From: Podarcis muralis
Lineage: Eukaryota
DNA length: 64,000 bases
Reading direction: 5' to 3'
NCBI RefSeq assembly: GCF_964188315.1
Contig: NC_135671.1
Span: 4,278,001 to 4,342,000, forward strand
Below the pieces are notes generated by a model that saw nothing but the letters and a program-made list of their open reading frames with translations, was not told the origin of the DNA and did not search any database. This document shows, piece after piece, positions 1 to 9,654 of this stretch. Made by a program: the position numbers and the translations under genes. Within the stretch, counting starts at the first letter, position 1. Every line of letters starts with the position of its first letter.

Positions 1-164
1 TTGCTAAACCATACAGGTCCTGATTTTCAACCAACATGTGATTGTGGCGATCAACTCGAATCACTAACTATAGACTGAATAAGCAGCAATCAAACAATCC
101 AAAACTGGCAACAGATAAGCAAAATCTATGTGCTAAAGACACATAGCTATTATATAACAATAGC

Positions 165-317
165 CAGGGCTCCCCCCCCCCCAAAAAAAAAATGTTTAGG
201 AGTACTCTCATTTTCCCCCTACTCATATTGAGATACCGCCCCTCAATGAGGCCAAACTTAGATTCACAAAATGTTTAGCGGTATGTGCACCCCTGTGTCC
301 CCCCAGAAAAAGCACTG
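165..317. mobile_element. hAT-type MITE
   Basis: Imperfect terminal inverted repeats cagggct.../...agcactg with a perfect 8-bp TSD acaatagc (157-164, 318-325); 8-bp TSDs are typical of hAT elements. Confidence 0.75.
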
Positions 318-590
318 ACAATAGCTATATTAACAGAGCATGATCAAAATGTATTTTCATGTATATATGCTAGGTTGCAAGCATATATTCACTTCCCTGT
401 TTAAGAGGAACTTCCTTGAACTTAGTGCGACTTACTTTTGAGTATAGAATTGAACAGTAACTCTTCTGAAAGATGTAATATTTTATCTAAAAGATGCATG
501 CCAGATATTTGTTCTCTCTCTTTTTACCAAATATTCCCCCCCCACCCGCACACATTAATCATTGATAGAAAGTAGAAATAACCTATAAAA

Positions 591-841
591 CAGTGGTTCC
601 CATATGCTCTCCCTTCCACAGACCATTTGAAAGTTGCTGAGGATCTTGATGATTTTGTTTTCTGCCGGTTGAAGCAGTTGCAATGAGACCAGTGCTAGAT
701 GCTGCATGCTATTTAATTGTATTATTTCTTACGTTGTATTCTATTGTATTACAATCTGAATTCATGGACTTTTATATAATTCAAATGGTTCTTCACAGAC
801 CACTTGAATGAAGCTTGCAGACCACAGTATGGGAACTTCTG
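591..841. mobile_element. Older hAT-like MITE
   Basis: Termini cagtggttccca / tgggaacttctg are near-inverted; flanks ctataaaa / ctatgaag match at 6 of 8 positions. Confidence 0.5.
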
Positions 842-1523
842 CTATGAAGAACATCTCTGGACCAAATCTTTCCATGGTATTAGATGTCCCAATGTCCATA
901 ACTCTGATTAGGAGACAGCATCCAAAAGGAGACAAAAGCGGAAGCCATATGGAATGGTAATGCTATTTGTACTTCAACGCTTTCTCCAAAGGGCATATTT
1001 CATTAACATATTACTGCAGATCAGTGTCTGAGTCTCTAGTCCACTGTATTAGAGTGTTCAGAGTTGAATAGATATCACAATAGCACCCACAACTAAGGAT
1101 ACAGAGAAGGGCTAAACAGTACAAACTTCAATAATAAATTCTCTATCTATACAGAAAGAGCAGTGGTTCTCAAGTAGTTCAAATTTGCAGCCATTGCTAC
1201 TAAACCTACAGATTAATTTATGCATGGTGTCAGAGAAGAAAGTGCTGCTTCACCTCCCTCTTAAAAACTGAAATACAGGAGAATCAGAAGAAGAAAAGCT
1301 ATGGATTTAGTGATGTCCCTGGAAACCTAACTGGGAATCAAGATCTACTGAAGTGTGAATGCTGTGAGTCCCACTGTCTTATGTCCAGCTTGTATATATG
1401 TGTAAATAAAACAATATTTCCTAAAGTTCCCACAGTTCCCACTTACCTTCATTCTAAGGAAACTGAACTCTGGGTAAGTACTGGAAGCCCCAGAGACTAG
1501 AGACTGGGGTATGCACAACAATA

Positions 1524-1698
1524 NNNNNNNNNNNNNNNNNNNNNNNNNNNNNNNNNNNNNNNNNNNNNNNNNNNNNNNNNNNNNNNNNNNNNNNNNNNNN
1601 NNNNNNNNNNNNNNNNNNNNNNNNNNNNNNNNNNNNNNNNNNNNNNNNNNNNNNNNNNNNNNNNNNNNNNNNNNNNNNNNNNNNNNNNNNNNNNNNNN
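1524..1698. other. Assembly gap (175 N)
   Basis: Run of N in the sequence. Confidence 1.
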
Positions 1699-2034
1699 CT
1701 GTATGGAGGAACCAAAATATTCCGCTTTTTTAGATTTCCAGAAGTTAACATGAATGAAGATTCTGGGGAGAAGGGGAGTGATAAATATGAATGGGTGATT
1801 AATAGCTCACCCTAGAGGTTGGGGTTCTAGCCTAGACTTCTCCCTGACATGCAAGTTTTATTTGTGTGGGAATTTATTTACTAAAAAATAAATAAATACT
1901 GTAGAGGAGCATTCAGTTATGCAAGCCCTCACCTGCTGTCTAAAATGCTACAGCTCAAACACAAGTTTACCAGCTCACTGAGAATGCATCAGATGCATAC
2001 AGGGGAGGATTAGGGGTGTGCTATGGGTCCCATC

Positions 2035-2398
2035 GAGGGACACGGGTGGCGCTGTGGGTAAAAGCCTCAGCGCCTAGGGCTTGCCGATCGAAAAGTCGGC
2101 GGTTCGAATCCCCGCGGCGGGGTGCGCTCCCGTTGTTCGGTCCCAGCGCCTGCCAACCTAGCAGTTCGAAAGCACTCCCGGGTGCAAGTAGATAAATAGG
2201 GACCGCTTTCTAGCGGGAAGGTAAACGGCGTTTCCGTGTGCGGCTCTGGCTCGCCAGAGCAGCGATGTCACGCTGGCCACGTGACCCGGAAGTGTCTCCG
2301 GACAGCGCTGGCCCCCGGAATCTTGAGTGAGATGGGCGCACAACCCCAGAGTCTGTCAAGACTGGCCCATACGGGCAGGGGTACCTTTACCTTTACCT
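2035..2398 (+). mobile_element. Sauria (Squam1) SINE, full length
   Basis: tRNA-derived head with B-box ggttcgaatcc, (acctt t)n-type tail, 13-bp TSD tatgggtcccatc (2022-2034, 2399-2411). Confidence 0.9.
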
Positions 2399-2584
2399 TA
2401 TGGGTCCCATCCTAGCAAGAGGGGGCTGTGGGAGGAGTGGAAGGGTAAGGTACCTCCATCAAGGTTTGAAAGCTAGAAGAGCAAATGGAATGGAAGGGGA
2501 CACCAGTGCCTCAGAAATCAGGATTTGTGTGTGTGTTGCCCTCCAAACATTTTAACAAAGCGTTTATTTAGTGCATACTTAATA

Positions 2585-2629
<45 letters not shown>
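2585..2629. repeat. (TAT)n microsatellite
   Basis: Direct reading. Confidence 0.95.
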
Positions 2630-3235
2630 CCTTACCCATACATTCTTAATAGGTTTATTTTCTTCTGCTTCAGGGGTAAGGAAGTTTCTGTTGATTATAA
2701 AGGCATCTTCTCCCTTCTTGAGACCATTTATCCCAGTAAATGACGGTGGTGAGATATTCATCTGCTTCTAGGGGGGTGGATGTCTGATATTTTGGTGGGG
2801 CAGTGGTGGTGGTGGGAGGGTTTGGCTTAATTGAGATGACGAGACAAAAGTGGGGTTTCCTTGTCATTTTTAAATGTGATTAAGAAAAGCCTACACAGAT
2901 GCTTACTGCCATGGTGAGACTCTCCACAGAAAGAAATTTGCCCACTCCCAGTCATCAAGGATGCCAACACCCCACACAAAGAAACATTGCTGAGGGGGGG
3001 AGCGACTGTCCCAACTCTATTATTAAGGGGAAAAGATAATGGAACATGTAGAGATAAGTGATATTTGTAAGTTTATTTAATCCAAACTAAGACAGAACAG
3101 TAGTCATCTCAGATATCAACCCATTTCATGTTTGTAGCACTGAGAGTGAGTAGTATTCTCCACTTCAGACACACAAGCCCAGGTGACAGGTTTCATCTCT
3201 TTCTTTTGTATAGGAAATGAGACTAGGAAGCTGCT

Positions 3236-4168
3236 ATGAGGAACCAAACATTTGTGGCTGAATTCCTTCTGCTTGGTCTCTCGAAGAGCCTGAAGATCCG
3301 TCTTTTGCTGTTTGGGCTTTTTTCTGTGACCTACACCATCACTCTGGTGGGCAACTCAATGATACTGATGCTCATCTGGCTGGACCCCCGACTCCACACG
3401 CCCATGTACTTCTTCCTGAGCCACCTTGCCTTTGTGGACATCTGCTATACATCCAGCACAGTCCCCCAGATGTTGGTGAACCTCCAGAGCCCAAGACAAA
3501 CCATCTCGTTGGCTGGTTGTGCTGTACAGATGTATGTCTTCCTGGTCTTGGCCACGAGTGAGTGCATCCTCCTGGCAGTGATGGCGTATGACAGGTATGT
3601 GGCAATATGCCACCCACTGCACTACACGTTCCTCATGAACAAGAGAGTATGCATGAAGCTAGCCGTGGCAACCTGGATGAGTGGCCTTTTATTGCCAGTG
3701 GCACACACAGTCCTCACCTGGCGGTTGCCATTCTGTGGTCCCAATCTGATTGATCACTTTTTCTGTGAAATGCCAGCATTGCTGAAGTTGGCCTGTGCCG
3801 ATACCAAGATGGTTGAAAAGGTCACTTCGGTGGGATGCATTTTCACCTTGCTTATCCCCATCTCCTTTATCTTGATGACTTACACCCGCATCCTGGCTTC
3901 CGTCTTGAAAATCCAATCTGCCCAAGGCCAGCACAAAGCATTCTCTACTTGTGTCTCTCACATATCAGTGGTGGTGCTTTTCTATGGCAGCGCCATATTT
4001 ATGTACATGAGACCTGAGTCCAGCCACTCCCCTGGTCAGGACAAAATGATCTCTCTGTTTTATAGCATTGTCATTCCATTGTTTAATCCAATTATATACA
4101 GTCTGAAGAACAGAGATGTGAAAGAGGCTTTGATTAAAATTCTCCGAAGGTGCAGAAGACCTTGTTGA
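3236..4168 (+). CDS. Olfactory receptor, class II (gamma; OR2-like), 310 aa, intact
   Basis: OR motifs LHTPMYFFLSHL, MAYDRYVAICHPLHY, DHFFCE, KAFSTCVSH, PLFNPIIYSLKN; N-terminal sequon NQT; candidate UTR splice acceptor (pyrimidine tract + AG at 3212-3213) just upstream. Confidence 0.97.
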   Translation: MRNQTFVAEFLLLGLSKSLKIRLLLFGLFSVTYTITLVGNSMILMLIWLDPRLHTPMYFFLSHLAFVDICYTSSTVPQMLVNLQSPRQTISLAGCAVQMYVFLVLATSECILLAVMAYDRYVAICHPLHYTFLMNKRVCMKLAVATWMSGLLLPVAHTVLTWRLPFCGPNLIDHFFCEMPALLKLACADTKMVEKVTSVGCIFTLLIPISFILMTYTRILASVLKIQSAQGQHKAFSTCVSHISVVVLFYGSAIFMYMRPESSHSPGQDKMISLFYSIVIPLFNPIIYSLKNRDVKEALIKILRRCRRPC

Positions 4169-4199
4169 TCCTCAGCCTAACATGAGATGCAAACCTCGC

Positions 4200-4450
4200 A
4201 CTTCGAAAGCACGCCAGTGCACGTAGATAAATAGGTACTGCTGTGGCGGAAAGGTAAACGGCATTTCCATGCACTCTGGTTTCCGTCAGGTGTTCTGTTG
4301 TGCCAGAAGCAGTTTAGTCATGCTGGCCACATGACCCGGAAAGCTGTCTATGGACAAAGGCTGGCTCCCCCGGCCTGAAAGAGAGATGAGCACCGCAACC
4401 CCATAGTCGCCACTCACTGGACTTACCAGGTCAGGGTCCCTGACCATTTT
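4200..4450 (+). mobile_element. 5'-truncated Sauria SINE, present only in unit 1
   Basis: gtagataaataggtac...aaggtaaacggc...ggccacatgacccggaa core; absent at the paralogous sites near 9685, 21660 and 27000. Ends approximate. Confidence 0.75.
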
Positions 4451-4681
4451 TAATCCTTATAGTAATAGTCTAGCAGGTCCACTGTGGTTGACTCTTTCTG
4501 GCAGTGTCTCTGCAAGGTTTCAGGCAAGGACTTTGCTATCTGTGATACTTGTGTTGTGGGTTTTTGCTTTTGTTTTACTGGTGATGATAGGAATGGACCC
4601 TGAGACTTTCCAAGTACAAAGCCTTTTCTCTGCCACTGAAATATGACCCTGTTATAGGTTTATGGATTTGTTGAAGATAAT

Positions 4682-4992
4682 GGTAACCAGCCAAGGGAGC
4701 CAGCGTTTGTCTGCAGACAGCTTTTTCTGGGTCATGTGGCCAGCATGACTAAACTGCTTCTGGCGCACGGAACACCATGATGAGTGCCAGAGCGCCTGGA
4801 AAACCACTTACCTTCCCACTGCAATGGTACCTATTTATCTACTCACGCTGGTATGCTCCAAACTACTAGGTTGGCAGCAGTTGGGACAAAGCAACTGGAG
4901 CTCAACCTGTCACGCAGATTCGAACTGCTGACCTTATGATCAACAACCCCAAGTGGCTTGGTGGTTTAGGCCACAGTACCGCCCACGTCCCT
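4682..4992 (-). mobile_element. Sauria SINE predating the array
   Basis: Reverse-complement Sauria core (gtacctatttatctact); paralogs at about 9905-10223, 21881-22193 and 27223-27543. Confidence 0.8.
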
Positions 4993-5257
4993 TTAAGTTT
5001 ATGGGTTTAATGAAGGTTTGGGGCATCAAAGCTAATTTCCTTGGAGGTGATACGTTGACTCATGTGTAACATGTGTGTATTTAAGTCAGACCCAATGTGT
5101 ATCTAAGCCATGTGCTGGACCTTGTTAATCCTTTATTTGACCAAGTGTAAAAGCTCATTAAGTTAGATAATTTTCATTTGAGTTATTAGTCTGGGGTAGA
5201 GCCATTTAGGTGACACAAAGGATTAAAAAAACGAATCACATTTGCAGATGAGTGTGT

Positions 5258-5298
<41 letters not shown>

Positions 5299-8097
5299 AT
5301 TTGTACCCCACCCATCTGACTGGGTTGCCCCCAGGAACTCTGGGAGGCTTCCAGCATATACCCTCAACTAAGGGTGTGGTGTAAAAGACAACTCTAGTGT
5401 TTTAGTGTGTTAGGAAAGGTTAGAGTTTAGAATGGAAGTTAGGAATGAAGCAACAGAGTTAGGAAGCTATGTGGGCGAGGAGCAGAGAGAGAAATTAGGT
5501 GACAAGCAGAGTGCAAGATAGTACCTGTTTGAATCCAATGCTGCGCTCCTGGAGGAGGCAAGACATTCCTGTATTGTAATGATATGTATACTGTACACGT
5601 GTAAAGAAACCCATATATCATAACCAAATGAGAACATAGTTTAAGAAATTGTAAGTTAGGGCCAGGACCTCACTCAGGGCTCGTTCACACTTTGCTTGTC
5701 TCACATCTAGAAGGCATGGATCTGAGACGTTTTCTGCTTGTCCTGAGCCTTCTCTTCACAGTCTGAGCAGGTGGCATACATGGTTTTCTTCCCATCCTCA
5801 TTTAATCCTCACAACAACCTTATGAGGTAGCTTAGATTGAGAGGCAGTGACTGGCCTATGGTCACCGAATGATCTGAAACCTGGTCTCCCAAGTCATCGT
5901 CTGACACTCTGACCACTTCACCACACTGGCTCTCTTACTTTAACTGCCATTGTTCTTTCTTATTTCTGAGCTGTTGTGTCTTCCCCCAGTCCTGCATACT
6001 GTCCCTTCCTCTCCCTTCTCCTACCCCAAGGTGAAGAAACATGCCTTGGGACAAAGGCAGAAGTGGCAGGAGGCACTCACAGCCCACAGCTGAGCATCAT
6101 TTCTCACTGGCGACTGAGGCCACAAGTCCAAGAATTTCTAGTAGGGAACTAATGCCCAGTGTGCCAGTTCCTGCTCAATGGTGGATTATCTCTCAGGGAA
6201 TGCAATGGAATTGCATATTCTCTGTTTTCCTCTGGGGGATTCTGGAGCTGGTAGTTGCATTCCCAGTCTCCAGTGGGAACAGACACTCTGCCAGGAGGTG
6301 AGAGTGATTTGTACCACATGCCACAAGGTAAGTTTCCTTGGCCTGGAGTAGGGGAAGCAAAAGGCTCCTTGGAGTCTTATGAATATTCACTTTGAATGTT
6401 CATAAAGCCTTAACTCCTTTCAGGGTGTAGAAATAACATTGGTTTTTAAAAAAGGGAAAAAAGAATGTAGAACATCTGATCGAAGTGCTGATTGTGGTTG
6501 ATGGTACCACATAAAAAGACAATTCATAGTCATTTTCTTTTCTTTTCTTTTCTATTTCTTATTTCTTTGCTTTCTTACCTGCCCTTCCCCACAAAGTCCA
6601 AAGCAGTTTAGGATATACAGTCCACAGGAATAAGCCTATTGTTTGTTTGCCTTCTGTGTCTTCACATCAGAGGTTCTTGGTTAAGTAAGGTGTTGTGTCT
6701 TAAAGCTGTAGAAGAAGGCTTTTTTCTTTTCTTTTTTACATTGGTTTTTACATTTTACATAAAATGATACAGCAACAACAACACACACAAAATCAGATCA
6801 TTACGCAGAATATGGCTCAGGTGATTTTCATAAAACATACATTTTAAATCTATTATCTGAGTCAGTAACCAGTGATCAGGGCTTGGTAAATCCCACTGTG
6901 ACAGAAGGTGATAAATAATTACAGTGAATGTCACCATGCAAATTGCAATATGGTCCGTGGCATATACAGACAACATGATGCATGGCTATGTCATTAGTAA
7001 GAGAAAGCTATTGAGATTTGCATCTCCCTCTCCCTCCGACCCAACCTCTCTTTTTGTAGGACAACCTATTATAAACCCTCAGATTCCTTCTCAGACAGGT
7101 ATTAGAAAACTAGTCTAATACCCTTATACCCCCAAATTACACTACCCCCTCCATACTATTTCTCTGATCATTTTTGGAACTGTGCCCATTGACTTTCCTA
7201 GAGGAAATGGACTGAGCATAGTTGGGAACAGCTGCAGCTGGCTTCACACAAGGAAACTGTTTAATAGCTGAGGTTCCCAAATTCTGATTGCAATCATAAT
7301 TCAGAATAAGTTTGGGGAATTGCAGGCATAGCTATGTATCCTCAGGACCAGCCCCGGAAATTTTTTTGTATCTGAGGTCAACCACAACATGTGTCAGCAT
7401 CGTCCTTGCCCCCACACCATGCAAGCTGACTAGGACCTTTGCCCCTTTTGTACACCAAGCACTCAACAGCCCCCAGGCAGCATGGCCATTGATCAGGGAT
7501 GACGTGACACCAAACAGTCAATGTTGCGTAGTGGCTGGAGTGATGGACGTGGGCCTAGGAGACGAGGGCTAAAATCCCCACTTAGCCATGAAACTCATTG
7601 GGTGACCTTGGGATAATATCTCTCCCTCTCTCTCCCTCTCTCTCTCTCTGCCTAAACCTACCTCACAGGAATGTTGTGGGGATTAAATGATAAGGGGTAG
7701 AAGATATGGACACCACCTTGAGCTCCTGGGATTAACAGGAAGAGTATAAAGGCAATAGATAAATATGGATCCGAGTGGAGGGGGCAGCAAAGGCAAAAAT
7801 GAAGCAGCATGTGGGTGGGGGAAGAAGAAAGGCAAACAAGCGAGGGAATGGGGGGCAAGGAAGGAGGAGGTGATGGGCAGGCAGAAGAAAAAAAGGCTGC
7901 CCTGCAGATTATTTGCATGGTGGGGGTGCTGTCATTAGTAACAGAATCCTTCTGAGATTTGCATTTCTTTCCGCACCATGATCTCATCATTTTAAAAAGC
8001 CCAAGTCAGTTTCCATTGCTGGACATCTGAAAGAAACCAGGAGAATTACACGCTGATACTTCTTCCATTCAGGCTTTTCTCGTGGAAAGTAATAACA

Positions 8098-9024
8098 ATG
8101 GGCATAACTACTCCTTTTGGTATCTTTTTCCAGACCATTTTAGCAATTGAGTCTGCCGTTGCCTTTTTAGGAAATGGATTTATCATAGTTGTGAATGGGC
8201 ACCGATGGCTCCAAAACTGGAAGATGGCCCCTTGCGACTTCCTCTTGACCGGTTTGAGCACCTCCAGAATTATGCTGCAGCTGACAGTCATGATCAATGA
8301 TATCCTGTACAACAGCCTTCCGGAGAACTATACTCGTACTCTTACACAGGAAATTAACACATTTTTCTGGTTATTTCTCAATAACGCCAGCTTCTGGTGT
8401 GCCACATGGCTCAACATTTTCTACTGTGTGAAGGTCACCAACTTCCCCCATCACCTGTTCCTCTGGCTGAAACTAAGGATTGATGTACTTGCACCCAGAC
8501 TGCTCGGAATGGTGGTAATAGCTTTCATGCTCTTCTCTGTTCATCCAACCATTCTTTATTTTGAAAACAAGAAACTCTGCAATCTCTCAGGAACTCTGGC
8601 ATGGAATGCCAGTCTCAACAAGGTTTGCCACGACCCATACTTCATTTTTAGAACTCTACAGTTCTGTTCTATAAGCATGAGTTTCACCCTGAGCATAATG
8701 GCATCCATGGTTTTGGTCATCTCTCTTTGGAGGCACAGAAAGAATCTAAAAAAGAGTGGCTCTGTCATTAAGGACCTCAGCACTCAAGTCTATCTCAATG
8801 TCATGAAGTCTTTGTTGTTTTCTCTGCTTGTTGACACTACGTATTTTGCTTCTTTAATCATGTCTGTGGTTCTATTTCTCAGGTATGGCACAAATAGCCA
8901 ATTAGTTATTGATATTGTGCTGTCTGCAGTCCCTTCAGCACATACCATGATCCTAATATTGTCCAATCCCAAACTGAAAGAAATCTTAATGCACATTCTA
9001 CACATCAGACAAAGGGCTAAATAA
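8098..9024 (+). CDS. TAS2R: Bitter taste receptor TAS2R, copy 1 (308 aa)
   Basis: TAS2R motifs NGFI, LLxxLSTSRIxLQ, FWCATWLNIFYCVKV, LFLWLKLRI, LxxSLWRH, PSAHTMILILSNPKLK; about 7 hydrophobic segments; uninterrupted ORF. Confidence 0.96.
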   Translation: MGITTPFGIFFQTILAIESAVAFLGNGFIIVVNGHRWLQNWKMAPCDFLLTGLSTSRIMLQLTVMINDILYNSLPENYTRTLTQEINTFFWLFLNNASFWCATWLNIFYCVKVTNFPHHLFLWLKLRIDVLAPRLLGMVVIAFMLFSVHPTILYFENKKLCNLSGTLAWNASLNKVCHDPYFIFRTLQFCSISMSFTLSIMASMVLVISLWRHRKNLKKSGSVIKDLSTQVYLNVMKSLLFSLLVDTTYFASLIMSVVLFLRYGTNSQLVIDIVLSAVPSAHTMILILSNPKLKEILMHILHIRQRAK

Positions 9025-9248
9025 AGAGAAGAGGGCCGTGGATATGCTTCCCTTGCATCCAAGAAGACAAGATTCTTTCCCTCCTTCCCTCCCTCTCTCT
9101 ATATAAAACTTGCCTCAGGTGTACTGTCTGCTGTATTTCATAATACAATAACATGAAAATGGAATCTAAGTAAAAAGAAAAACAGAAAAATAAAGAAAAG
9201 AAAATGCAGAGTTCTCTCAAGCAGATCTTAACCCTTGTCTTAAACAGA

Positions 9249-9654
9249 GTGAAATGCCAGCATTGCTGAAGTTGGCCTGTGCCAATACCAAGGTAGTTGA
9301 AAAGGTCACTTCGGTGGCATGCATTTTCACCTTGCTTATCCCCATCTCCTTTATCTCGATGACTTACATCCACGTCCTGGCTTCTCAGGATCTGAGAAAT
9401 TCAACCTGCCAAGGACAGCACAAAGCATTCTCTACTTGTGTCTCTCATGTATCAGTGGTGGTGATTTTCTATGGCAGCGCCATATTAATGTACATGAGAC
9501 CTGAGTTGAGCCACTCCCCTGGTCAGGACAAAGCGATCTCTCTGTTTTATAACATTGTCATTCGTTGTTTAATCCAATTATATAGAGTCTGAAGAATAGA
9601 GATGTGAAAGAGGCCTTGATTAAAATTTTCCAAAGGTGCAGAAGACCTTGTTGA
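9249..9654 (+). pseudogene. OR 3'-half fragment 1 (TM5-TM7)
   Basis: Colinear with 3765-4168 from EMPALLKLAC onward; lacks TM1-4; frameshift near NPIIY. Confidence 0.93.

Noticed and set aside
1497-1753. ORFs spanning the N gap
   Set aside because: Artefacts of undefined bases.
2525-2761. Poly-Tyr/Ile ORFs, and similar poly-Leu/Glu/Asn ORFs at 41517, 45848 and 51608-51944
   Set aside because: Translations of triplet microsatellites.
8046-9062. Recurrent antisense ORFs over the TAS2R and OR genes
   Set aside because: Shadows of the sense coding frame, repeated because the genes are paralogs.
9001-9654. Chimeric TAS2R-OR fusion receptor or functional OR mini-receptor
   Set aside because: The TAS2R stop lies about 225 bp before the OR fragment, and all three fragments lack TM1-4 and carry frameshifts.
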